Positions 9,549 to 18,357 of a DNA stretch of 64,000 nt are shown one piece after another. Made by a program: the position numbers and the translations under genes. Source of the stretch: Thermoanaerobaculia bacterium (GTDB lineage Bacteria; Acidobacteriota; Thermoanaerobaculia; Multivoradales; Multivoraceae); assembly GCA_965116445.1 (NCBI GenBank), contig OZ220688.1:1675789-1739788 (forward strand), written 5' to 3'. Within the stretch, counting starts at the first letter, position 1. Each line of letters begins with the position of its first letter. The notes beneath the pieces are model-generated. The model was not told where the DNA came from. It worked only from the letters and a program-made list of their open reading frames with translations, and made no database searches.

Positions 9549-9906
9549 GAACCCGCATCCTACGCCGCCCCGGTCCAGGAGCCGGCGCTAGCATGATCGG
9601 GATGCTGAGCGAGCTGGCCCAGAAGCGCTTCGACGCCTTCCGCAGCCACATGGAGGCGCCGATCCACGGGGGCGCTGGCTCGTCCTGACCCACGACAATC
9701 CGGATCCCGACGCGCTCACCGCGGCAACGACTTCGAGACGCTACGCGAGGCCCTGGCGAATCTTCGCGGAGTCGACACGTTGATCATGAGCCGGCTCGGC
9801 ACCGTGCCCCAACCCGACATCGTGCCCGAGATCGCCGATCTGCTGCTGCGAATGGAGGGGCGCTCTTGAGCCGGGTGCAGCCCAGGAGCGGCCCCTCCGG
9901 CCGTCC

Positions 9907-11487
9907 TCACTCCCACTCGATCGTGCCGGGCGGCTTGCTCGTCAGGTCATAGACCACGCGGTTGACGCCGGTGACCTCGTTCACGATCCGCCCCGCCACG
10001 GCGCCCAGGAACTCGTGCGGCAACTGGCTCCAGTCGGCGGTCATGAAGTCCTCCGTCTCGACCGCCCGCAGGGCGACGACGTTCTCGTAGCTACGGCCGT
10101 CCCCCATCACGCCCACGCTGTGGACCGGCAGGAGGACGGCGAGCGCCTGACTCACACGGTCATAGAACCCCGCGGCGCGCAACTCCTCGATGAAGATCGC
10201 GTCGGCTTCCTGCAGCACGGCCACCCGATCGGCCGTCACGTCGCCCAGGATCCGCACGCCGAGGCCGGGCCCCGGGAAAGGATGCCGGCCCAGGAACTCG
10301 GCGCCGAGACCGAGTTCCCGGCCGAGCTGGCGCACTTCGTCCTTGAACAGGTAGCGCAGCGGCTCGATCAGTTCGAAGCCCAGCCGCTCCGGCAGGCCGC
10401 CGACATTGTGGTGGCTCTTGATCATCGCGGACGGGCCGAAGGCGGAGACCGACTCGATCACGTCCGGATAGAGGGTGCCCTGGACCAGAAAGCGAAACGC
10501 GCCGTTCCCTTCGCCGGCACGCTCCAGCCTCGCCGCCTCGCGCTGAAACACCTCGATGAAGACGCGGCCGATCGTCCGTCGCTTCTCTTCGGGGTCGGAC
10601 ACCCCGGCGAGCGCGCCGAGGAACTCCTCGGCGGCGTCGACGACGACGAGCTTCAGGTCGAGCCCCTGGCGCAGGCTCCGCTCCACCTCGTCGCGTTCGT
10701 TCTTGCGCAGCAGCCCGTTGTCCACGAACACGGCGGTCAGGCGCTCCCCCACGGCACGCTGCACCAGGCTGGCCGCGACCGCTGAATCGACCCCGCCGGA
10801 GAGAGCGCAGAGAACTCGGTCGGAGCGACCGGCCTGGGCCTTGATCGCAGCCGTCGCCTCGTCGGCGTAGGAGGCCATGCGCCACTCTCCCGCGGCGCCG
10901 CAGGCGTCGTAGAGGAAGTTGCGAAGCATCGTCGAGCCGCTGTCCGTATGCGTGACTTCGGGATGAAACTGGATGCCGAAGAGGGACCGTTCGCCGTCCT
11001 CGGCAGCCACCACCGGCACCGTCGACGTCGACGCCGTCGCCTCGAACCCGGGCGGCAGTTGTTCCACCCGGTCGCCATGCGACATCCACACGTTCTGCTC
11101 CGGCTCCAGCCCGTTGAACAGATCGCCGTCCCTGGCCAGCAGCGTGATCCGGGCGCGACCGTACTCCCGCAGGCCCGATGCCGCGACCCGACCTCCGAGG
11201 ACCTGCGCCATCCACTGCATGCCGTAGCAGATCCCGAGCACCGGAATGCCCAGCCGGAGAACCTCCGGATCGGCCTGCGGCGCGTTCTGCTCGTAGACGC
11301 TGTCCGGGCCGCCCGAGAGGACGATGCCGATCGGCCGGCGGGCCCCGATCTCCTCGACGTCCAGGTCGAAGGGATGGATCTCGCAGTAGACCTGGAGTTC
11401 CCGGATCCGCCGGGCGATCAACTGCGTGTACTGGCCCCCGAAATCGAGCACCAGGACCGTCTCGTGCTCGCCTCTCCCCGCCGTCAC
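9907..11487 (-). CDS. guaA: GMP synthase (glutamine-hydrolysing)
   Basis: GATase1 domain (VLVLDFGGQYTQLIARRIRE, CYGMQ) plus an ATP-PPase domain (SGGVDSAV). GTG start at 11487 overlaps the gpsA stop (GTGA). Confidence 0.9.
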   Translation of the reverse strand: MTAGRGEHETVLVLDFGGQYTQLIARRIRELQVYCEIHPFDLDVEEIGARRPIGIVLSGGPDSVYEQNAPQADPEVLRLGIPVLGICYGMQWMAQVLGGRVAASGLREYGRARITLLARDGDLFNGLEPEQNVWMSHGDRVEQLPPGFEATASTSTVPVVAAEDGERSLFGIQFHPEVTHTDSGSTMLRNFLYDACGAAGEWRMASYADEATAAIKAQAGRSDRVLCALSGGVDSAVAASLVQRAVGERLTAVFVDNGLLRKNERDEVERSLRQGLDLKLVVVDAAEEFLGALAGVSDPEEKRRTIGRVFIEVFQREAARLERAGEGNGAFRFLVQGTLYPDVIESVSAFGPSAMIKSHHNVGGLPERLGFELIEPLRYLFKDEVRQLGRELGLGAEFLGRHPFPGPGLGVRILGDVTADRVAVLQEADAIFIEELRAAGFYDRVSQALAVLLPVHSVGVMGDGRSYENVVALRAVETEDFMTADWSQLPHEFLGAVAGRIVNEVTGVNRVVYDLTSKPPGTIEWE

Positions 11488-12545
11488 AGGGCGGACTCTA
11501 CCTTGAGCTCGCGCCGCATCAGATCCCGGATCGCGGCCGCCGGTTCCTTGCCCCTGTAAAGGATCTCGACCATCTGCTCCGTGATCGGCAACTCGACCTC
11601 CTTCCCGGTCGCCAGCTCGAGCAGGGCGAGTGAGTTGCGCACTCCTTCGGCGACACCGGCCCGGTCCGCCTCGATCTCCTCGAGGGAACGGCCCCGGGCC
11701 AGCTCGAGACCCGTGCTCCGGTTGCGCGAGAGGCCGCCGGTACACGTGAGCACGAGATCACCGAGACCACCGAGGCCGGCAAAGGTCGCCGGCCGGCCGC
11801 CGCAGGCCAGACCGAGACGCATCATCTCGTGCAGGCCGCGGGTGATCAGCGCCGCCCGCGTGTTCGATCCGTAGCGCAGACCGTCGAGGACCCCGGCAGC
11901 GATCGCGATCACGTTCTTGGCCGCGGCGGCGATCTCCACCCCGATCACGTCGGTCGAGGTGTAGAGCCGCAGCGCCCCGCCTGAGAGCAGTGACTGCAGT
12001 CGCTCGGCCGCCACCTCGGACTCCGACGCGACGACGCAGGCCGTCGGCAGCTCGGCGGCGAGTTCGGCGGCGAACGAGGGTCCGCTGATCGTGGCGAACA
12101 GGGCGTCCGTGCCGGCCGAGACCGCCTCTTCCCGGCAGATGTCGCTCATGCAACGGAAGCCACCGCGATGGTCGGACTCGATGCCCTTCGCACCGGAAAC
12201 GAAGGTCACCCGCTCCGGCAACGGAGCACCGTCGCCGAGACCGTTCCGCGCCTCGAGAAACGACCGCACGACGGCACGGAAGCCGTGCGACGGCACAACG
12301 ACGAGGACAGGATCGCACACCGCGGCCTGCCGCAGGTCCCAGGTCACGCGAAGCTCCGCCGGCAACTCGACGCCCGGCAGGTAACGCTCGTTCACCCGCT
12401 CCTCCGCCAGAACCGCGCCGTACTCCGGAGAACGGGCCCAGAGGGTGACCGGTGAACCCGCCCGAGCGGCATGGACCGCGAGCGCCGTGCCCCAGGCGCC
12501 CGCACCCAGCACGGCGACGCCGCTGGCTGCGGCCCCGTTCGTCAC
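11484..12545 (-). CDS. gpsA: NAD(P)H-dependent glycerol-3-phosphate dehydrogenase
   Basis: VAVLGAGAWGTALA Rossmann motif and the GpsA C-terminal domain. GTG start at 12545 overlaps the plsY stop (GTGA). The long upstream ORF extension is Arg/Gly-rich and non-coding. Confidence 0.85.
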   Translation of the reverse strand: MTNGAAASGVAVLGAGAWGTALAVHAARAGSPVTLWARSPEYGAVLAEERVNERYLPGVELPAELRVTWDLRQAAVCDPVLVVVPSHGFRAVVRSFLEARNGLGDGAPLPERVTFVSGAKGIESDHRGGFRCMSDICREEAVSAGTDALFATISGPSFAAELAAELPTACVVASESEVAAERLQSLLSGGALRLYTSTDVIGVEIAAAAKNVIAIAAGVLDGLRYGSNTRAALITRGLHEMMRLGLACGGRPATFAGLGGLGDLVLTCTGGLSRNRSTGLELARGRSLEEIEADRAGVAEGVRNSLALLELATGKEVELPITEQMVEILYRGKEPAAAIRDLMRRELKVESAL

Positions 12546-13225
12546 TCGGCAGCCTCGGACGCCGGCCGCTTCTGCCCCAGCCGAGACTCCGTGCCCGCAA
12601 GCAACCGGACCAGGTTCGCCCGGTGCTTGACGATCACCAGGACCGCGATCGCGGACACGGCAGCCAGCAGTGCCGGTCCGTAGTCCAGGCCGTCCGCATC
12701 CTTGAAGGCGCCGCTCCACCAACGGGCGCCGACCAGAACCGGCAGCGAAGCCGCCGCCGAAATCGAACCAAGCGAGACATAGCGTTTCCAGGCCACGAGC
12801 AGGATGAACACCGCCAGCACGCCGAGCCCGGCCCAGGGCACCAGCACCGCCAGCACACCCGCGGCCGTGGCCACGCCCTTGCCGCCACGAAAGACGAGGA
12901 ACAGGGGAAACACATGCCCCGCCACCGCCGCGACCGCGGCCGCCGCGAGCCACCAGCTCCCGACGTCGAGCGTTCCCGCCAGGACGACCGCCGCCGCGCC
13001 CTTCGCCACATCGAGCAGCAGCGCGAGCAGGGCCGCCCACTTGCCTGACGCGCGCAGCACGTTCGTCGCGCCGGCGCTTCGGCTGCCGATCGTCCGCACG
13101 TCGAACCCCCGGTGGATCCGCACGATCAGGTAGCTGAACGGGATGGACCCGAGGAGGTACGCCACCAAGACAGCGATGGGACCGGTCGAGGTCACGCGGC
13201 CCCCTCTCCGCGCGGCGCTGCCCAT
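12542..13225 (-). CDS. plsY: Glycerol-3-phosphate acyltransferase PlsY
   Basis: Membrane protein with PlsY motifs LLGSIPFSYL, GSRSAGATNVLR and FRGGKGVAT; followed by gpsA as usual. Confidence 0.8.
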   Translation of the reverse strand: MGSAARRGGRVTSTGPIAVLVAYLLGSIPFSYLIVRIHRGFDVRTIGSRSAGATNVLRASGKWAALLALLLDVAKGAAAVVLAGTLDVGSWWLAAAAVAAVAGHVFPLFLVFRGGKGVATAAGVLAVLVPWAGLGVLAVFILLVAWKRYVSLGSISAAASLPVLVGARWWSGAFKDADGLDYGPALLAAVSAIAVLVIVKHRANLVRLLAGTESRLGQKRPASEAAE

Positions 13226-14514
13226 GGCAACAGGTCCCTTCCAGCCTCACGCGGCCGCAGCATCCGCCGCAGCAGTTCGAGGGCGAACTGGGTCGAGAGT
13301 TGCCGCACCCGCGCCCGGTCGCCCGGGAATCGCGCCTCGAAGTGCGAACGAGCGGCCGCCGGGCCGGCGACCGCGATGTGAACGGTCCCCACGGGAAGCT
13401 TCTCCGTGCCGCCGCCGGGGCCCGCAACGCCCGTGATCCCGATGCCGTAGTCGCTGCCGCAGCGTTCCCGGGCGCCCGCGGCCATCGCCAGCGCCGTCCG
13501 TTTCGACACCGCGCCGTACTCCACCAGGGTTTCGCGCGGCACGCCGAGAAGGCGCATCTTCAGTTTGTTCGAGTAGGTCAGAAGGCCACCCACGAAGTAG
13601 GCGCTGCTGCCCGCGGTGGCCGTGAACCGCTGGCCGAGCAGGCCGCCCGTGCAGGACTCGGCGACCGCCACCGTCTCGCCGCGGTCCGCCAGCAGGTCGC
13701 CGACCGCGGCCTCGAACTCGATGCCGTCCTCGATCGCGCCGACGTAGAAGACCGCCTCGCCCAACGCCTTCCGGACCGCCGCTTCCATCTCCGCGAGACG
13801 CGGTGCCCTGCCCGCCACCGACCCTCCGGCCCGCAACCGCAGCCGGATCTCGCCCGGTCGGGCCAGCACGGACACGTCCTCATCGCCGAAACGCTCGTAG
13901 ACCCGCACGATCCGCTCCTCGACGACCGACTCCGGCAAACAGGCGACCCGCACCTCGACCTGATCGAAGCCCGCGCCGTCCTCGGACCGCGCCGCCAGCC
14001 AGGGGTCGAGCGCGTCGTCCACGAGAGCCTTCAGTTCCCGCGGCACGCCGGGGAACAGAAAGTACGTCGTGCCCCGAGGCGAGGGCGCGGCATCCTCGAT
14101 CCGCTGACCCGGCGCGACACCGGCCCGGTTCGGCAGCATCTCCGCTCCGTCGACCCGCTCCGCCTGCTTGCGGTTGACCCGCGGAATGCGCCGGCCGAGC
14201 TTGCGAAACCCGCGCTCGATCTGATCCCACAACGCCTCGTCCACCGCGACCGACCGGCCCAGCAGCCGAGCCAGCCCCTCCCGCGTCAGATCGTCCCGCG
14301 TCGGGCCCAGGCCGCCGGTCACCAGCAGCAGCTCCGCGCGCTCCCGAAGCGCATCCAGGGTCTCCGCGATCCGGACGACATCGTCGCCGACGACCGCCTT
14401 GGAGACCAGATCGACTCCCCGCCGTCTCAGCACCTCCGTCAGGACCAGGGAATTCGTATCGAGCCGGTCCGTACCGAGCAGCTCACCGCCCACCGCGAGA
14501 ATCGAAGCCTTCAC
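13192..14514 (-). CDS. cinA: CinA family nicotinamide mononucleotide deamidase / competence-damage protein
   Basis: N-terminal MoCF-biosynthesis-like domain (ILAVGGELLGTD) and C-terminal CinA domain (AVAESCTGGLLG ... GTVHIAVAG). Start approximate (GTG near 14514). Confidence 0.75.
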   Translation of the reverse strand: MKASILAVGGELLGTDRLDTNSLVLTEVLRRRGVDLVSKAVVGDDVVRIAETLDALRERAELLLVTGGLGPTRDDLTREGLARLLGRSVAVDEALWDQIERGFRKLGRRIPRVNRKQAERVDGAEMLPNRAGVAPGQRIEDAAPSPRGTTYFLFPGVPRELKALVDDALDPWLAARSEDGAGFDQVEVRVACLPESVVEERIVRVYERFGDEDVSVLARPGEIRLRLRAGGSVAGRAPRLAEMEAAVRKALGEAVFYVGAIEDGIEFEAAVGDLLADRGETVAVAESCTGGLLGQRFTATAGSSAYFVGGLLTYSNKLKMRLLGVPRETLVEYGAVSKRTALAMAAGARERCGSDYGIGITGVAGPGGGTEKLPVGTVHIAVAGPAAARSHFEARFPGDRARVRQLSTQFALELLRRMLRPREAGRDLLPWAAPRGEGAA

Positions 14515-14576
14515 CGGCCGCAGTGTAACGAGGCGGCGTTCGACGCGGCCATGCACCGGCCGCTGTAAGATTCGAG

Positions 14577-15350
14577 GTGGTCAGCAGCGGCCAGATCGAA
14601 GAGCCCTCCGACCGATCCACAGCAACCCGCCCCCCGGCATTCCCTGCCGCGACCGAGGACGACGAGATGGCAGCGAACACAGAAGCCCACACCCTCGATC
14701 CCGAGACGAGGCTCGACAGGATCGAGGCAAACCTGGAACACGCATCCCGACTGATGATGGAGTACCGAAAGGACCAGCGGGAGACCGATCGGCAACTGAA
14801 GGAGACCGATCGGCAACTGAAGGAGGATGCCCGGCGGGCGCAGGAGGACACCCGGCGGATGCAGGAGGACACCCGACGGTTGAAGAAGGAAGGGAAGAAG
14901 ACCGATAGACGACTCCGGAGAGCCGAGAACCTGTTCACCACGCAGTGGGGCAAGCTGATGGAGAGCCTGGTCAGGGGCGACCTCATCCGGCTGCTCAAAG
15001 AACGCCGAATCGAAGTCGAAGGCACCGCGAGGGAAACCGAGAAGGCCCGAAACGGGGAGCACTTCGAGATCGACATCATCGCGATCAACGGCAGTGAGCT
15101 CGTCGCCGTCGAGGTCAAGACCACGCTTCGCTCGGAGGGAGTCACTCACTTCCTCGGGAAACTCGAGCGCTTCCTGGAGTGGTGGCCCGAGTTCCAGGGC
15201 CGCAGGATCTACGGGGCAGTTGCGTATCTCCAGAGCAGCGACTCAGTGGTCAAGTATGCCCAGCGGAGGGGCCTCTTCGTCATTCGAGCCACCGGCAGCA
15301 GCGCCAGCATCGTGAACCCCGACGACTTCGAGCCGCGCATCTTCTCCTGA
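14577..15350 (+). CDS. Hypothetical coiled-coil protein with a C-terminal PD-(D/E)xK (restriction-endonuclease-like) fold; alternative start at ATG 14667
   Basis: N-terminal heptad-rich coiled coil with tandem peptide repeats (ETDRQLK x2, QEDTRRM/L x2). The C-terminus carries E...D...E-V-K spacing (GEHFEIDIIAINGSELVAVEVKT). Lower GC than its neighbours. Confidence 0.55.
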   Translation: MVSSGQIEEPSDRSTATRPPAFPAATEDDEMAANTEAHTLDPETRLDRIEANLEHASRLMMEYRKDQRETDRQLKETDRQLKEDARRAQEDTRRMQEDTRRLKKEGKKTDRRLRRAENLFTTQWGKLMESLVRGDLIRLLKERRIEVEGTARETEKARNGEHFEIDIIAINGSELVAVEVKTTLRSEGVTHFLGKLERFLEWWPEFQGRRIYGAVAYLQSSDSVVKYAQRRGLFVIRATGSSASIVNPDDFEPRIFS

Positions 15351-15425
15351 AGGCCTGCGGGATTCGGCCGCCGACCAGGACCGCCACGCGGGCCGACGCG
15401 GCCAAGTCGTCCTCTTGCTGTCCCT

Positions 15426-16514
15426 TCAGGCTGCCGGGCGCACCCTGGTGCCGGTCACCTCGGCCAGCTCGTCGGCGAATCGGAGAAGGTCGCGACGAAG
15501 GTCCGGCCAGCCTTGGCCCAGGTCGAGCGAACGAACCTCGATCGAGTGGCCGGGAAAGTCGTAGGCGTGGCGGAACGACTGACCGTCCGTGGCGTAGAGC
15601 AGCAGGCCGGCGGGTGAACGATCCGCGGGGTTGGCGCGAGAGTAGTTCGTGAGGTAGGCCCAAAGCTGGTAGAGGTGGCGGCTCTTCAGCGTCTTTCCGC
15701 CGCGGTCGAAGGGCTTCTTCTCGCACTTGGCCTCCACGATCACGGCGCGGTCGCCACGGGCCGGAACGAAGACGTCCGTCTCCATGACGGGAAGCTGCGG
15801 CGAGTCCGGCGCGGCGGTCGCGTCATGCCAGCGGATCTGCCGGTGGCCCCGATGAACCCCGAGCTCCGGCCGCTCCCGCCGAAGAAAGCCGCGGACGAAG
15901 GCCTCGAACAGGTGCCCCATCTCCCTGTCGTCGGCATCGAACGCGCGGAACCGGTAGCGGCCGGACCGGCCCTCCGGAACCAGCCGGCCGGCAATCAGTC
16001 GGCTGACGCTGAGGAGGAAACCGTAGTCCGAGTTGTTGCGGTGGAGCTGCACGCCGTGGAAGAACTCGCCTCGCAGCTCGATTTCATCGACTTCGGGGAG
16101 AAGACGCGCCAGGCGAAGCAGGTCGCGGCGCAACCCGTCGTCCAGGTCGTTCGCTGGCAGCGACGCCAACCGCAGCATCGTCGACTTGACCAGGCGGTTG
16201 GGCAGCACGTTCCGGGTCAGCTCCTCGTAGCGCACCGCCACGCGAGCGCGGGAACGAAGCGCTCGAGCCACCGTTCGCGTCAGATCGATCTTCCCTCGAG
16301 GCCGCCGTGCGTCCTCGGCCCGCTCCAGGTAGCCGCGATCGAGTCCGCGCCGCCACAGCCGCCGGAAGCTGTCGCGGAGCAGCCGGGCCATGAGGTTCTG
16401 CGGCAGATCGTCCGGGGCCGAAGCGTGTTCTCTTGCCGCCACCGAGTCCAGATGCTCGAACCGCTCCCATGCGTAGCAGAGCACGACGTAGAGAGTGTGA
16501 GACGGGATCTTCAT
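15426..16514 (-). CDS. mcrC: 5-methylcytosine-specific restriction enzyme subunit McrC
   Basis: 362 aa located immediately downstream of mcrB. McrC-family length, with a C-terminal PD-D/ExK-like VIVEAKCEKKPF motif. Confidence 0.75.
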   Translation of the reverse strand: MKIPSHTLYVVLCYAWERFEHLDSVAAREHASAPDDLPQNLMARLLRDSFRRLWRRGLDRGYLERAEDARRPRGKIDLTRTVARALRSRARVAVRYEELTRNVLPNRLVKSTMLRLASLPANDLDDGLRRDLLRLARLLPEVDEIELRGEFFHGVQLHRNNSDYGFLLSVSRLIAGRLVPEGRSGRYRFRAFDADDREMGHLFEAFVRGFLRRERPELGVHRGHRQIRWHDATAAPDSPQLPVMETDVFVPARGDRAVIVEAKCEKKPFDRGGKTLKSRHLYQLWAYLTNYSRANPADRSPAGLLLYATDGQSFRHAYDFPGHSIEVRSLDLGQGWPDLRRDLLRFADELAEVTGTRVRPAA

Positions 16515-16526
16515 CGCGGACGCGGA

Positions 16527-17864
16527 TCAATCGCCGGCCTGCAGGTTCGCCACTGCCTCCGAAGCTGTCTCCGGCCTGTCGAACCAGTACTCATCGAGCA
16601 GCGGCGCGATATCGAAGCTGACGATCTCCTGGAACCACTCGTCGTAGTCGGGCGACCCTCCGGAGGGCGGGTCGCAGAAATAGCTGTGGCCAATGCGGAA
16701 ACCGGCTCCAAGATCCGAGTCTCCGGCGATCGCCTCGTTTAAAGCACTGAGCCGCTCGCGAATGCGCCCGCGGACTGGCGCCGGGACCCCTTGGCCCTCC
16801 AGGTGACGCTGGAACTGAGGTTGCCTGAACGCCGGCTCCACCGTGAAGAACGCGAATCGCCGGCGCAGCGCGTAGTCGACCAGCGCCAACGAGCGGTCCG
16901 CCGTGTTCATCGTGCCGATCAGGTGGAGGTTCTCCGGCACATGGAACCGCTCGGCACCGTCTCGCGGGTAGGCGAGCCGCACCGCCCACTCCTCCGACCG
17001 CTTGTCCGCCTCGATCAGCATCAGCAACTCGCCGAAGATGCGGCTCAGGTTGCCTCGGTTGATCTCGTCGATCAACAGAACATGGGGCCGGTCGCCGTCC
17101 TCCCGCGCCCGCTCGCAGAAGTCGAGAAAAGGCCCATCGCGGAGCACGAAGCCGCCTTCTTCCGTGGGTCGGTAGCCGCGGACGAAATCCTCGTAGCCGT
17201 AGGACTGATGGAACTGCACCGCCTCGATGCGCTCCATCGACCGCTCTGCCGCCAGGACCCATGCCAGCCGCTGCGCGATGAACGTCTTCCCGGTGCCCGG
17301 GGGACCTTGGAGGACGAGGTTCTTCTTGCGCTTGAGCTGGGAGAGGAGCCGCTCGATGTCGGCGCGATCGAGAAAGACCTGACGTGCCGCATCCTCAAGG
17401 GTGAACAGACCCGACTCCAGATACAGCGGGCTCGGAACCGACGCCGCTGCGAGTTGAGGGGTTGACACCTCTCCGTCTGATTCGGCCCTCGGTTTCGCAG
17501 ATCGAACCAGTCTTCGCGTTGGTCGCGCTTCTACGTTGGCAGCGCTCCTGTAGGTACTGAGGAGTTCGGTGTCAATCTGTCCGGGATCTCGATCCAGAAG
17601 ATCCAAGCCTTCCTGGGTGATTCGATACACCTCCTTCCTTACCTTCCGTAGTAGGCCGGCACCTCCTAAATCGACTAGCGCCCAGGCCACGGTGTTGTGG
17701 AACACCGGCGTTGGTCCGCGAGCCGGCATCTCACTCAGGTCCTGAGTTGACAGGCCCATCGCCGAAGCGACGCTGCTTCGAATCTCCGAACTCGATACCT
17801 CAACGCCATCCCCCAGGGCCTGAAGGACTGGCAGCCTCACACTGGGGCGATCAGGTACCGTCAT
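16527..17864 (-). CDS. mcrB: McrB-type GTPase/AAA+ restriction subunit with an N-terminal Mrr_N-like winged-helix DNA-binding domain
   Basis: AAA+ motifs LQGPPGTGKTF and LLIDEINRGNLSRIFGELLMLIE (McrB signature). The N-terminal 90 aa (LPVLQAL...GLSTQDL...PVFHNTVAWALVDLGGAGLL) match the Mrr_N wHTH that is also present in the Mrr gene at 44743. Confidence 0.85.
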   Translation of the reverse strand: MTVPDRPSVRLPVLQALGDGVEVSSSEIRSSVASAMGLSTQDLSEMPARGPTPVFHNTVAWALVDLGGAGLLRKVRKEVYRITQEGLDLLDRDPGQIDTELLSTYRSAANVEARPTRRLVRSAKPRAESDGEVSTPQLAAASVPSPLYLESGLFTLEDAARQVFLDRADIERLLSQLKRKKNLVLQGPPGTGKTFIAQRLAWVLAAERSMERIEAVQFHQSYGYEDFVRGYRPTEEGGFVLRDGPFLDFCERAREDGDRPHVLLIDEINRGNLSRIFGELLMLIEADKRSEEWAVRLAYPRDGAERFHVPENLHLIGTMNTADRSLALVDYALRRRFAFFTVEPAFRQPQFQRHLEGQGVPAPVRGRIRERLSALNEAIAGDSDLGAGFRIGHSYFCDPPSGGSPDYDEWFQEIVSFDIAPLLDEYWFDRPETASEAVANLQAGD

Positions 17865-18037
17865 CTAGCGGCTCCTCACTCACGCCGCGTCGATGTCGGT
17901 TTGGGCACTGTCCTCGCCCTTGAACAACAGAAGCTCATCGCTCGTCCCGCCCTGGGCGAGGCGAAGCAATCGCCGAGGTTCAACCGGGCGTCTGCCCTTC
18001 CTGGAGCGACGCCTCACGAGGCTGCGCAACTCTACGA

Positions 18038-18235
18038 TCACCTCGGCAAACCGCAGTGGTCGTAGAGGAGGTCGCCATGCTCGATGGCCGAAGGTCCCGG
18101 CTGCAGAGACTCGGCACAGCGCCGGCCGATGGCGAGTAACTCCTCGACGCGGGCATCCAGGTCACGCTGGCGCTCTTCGCGTACGAGGCGGCAAGTCTCC
18201 TCGTTCTTGATGTTCAGGGTCATCGCTATCTCCAC
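18038..18235 (-). CDS. VapB-like (Rv0623/PSK_trans_fac-type) type II antitoxin, orphan
   Basis: MTLNIKNEETCRLVRE N-terminus and a C-terminal SAIEHGDLLYDHCGLP motif typical of this antitoxin family. The true start is probably the second ATG (18223). No PIN/VapC partner is nearby. Confidence 0.6.
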   Translation of the reverse strand: MEIAMTLNIKNEETCRLVREERQRDLDARVEELLAIGRRCAESLQPGPSAIEHGDLLYDHCGLPR

Positions 18236-18357
18236 GGTAGAACGCTGGGCTGAGCGTCTACCCTACGACCGACCGACTGACCGCGCAAACGTCCCGTTCT
18301 CACTCCAGGCTTCGAAGTACCTCCGCATCCCGTCCTGCTCGCCCACGTTCTTCGCCT

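Noticed and set aside
17864-18038. A VapC/PIN toxin partner for the VapB-like antitoxin
   Set aside because: Only 174 bp are available, and the sole ORFs (for example 17980..18165, 61 aa) are Ser/Ala/Arg-rich with no PIN acidic residues.
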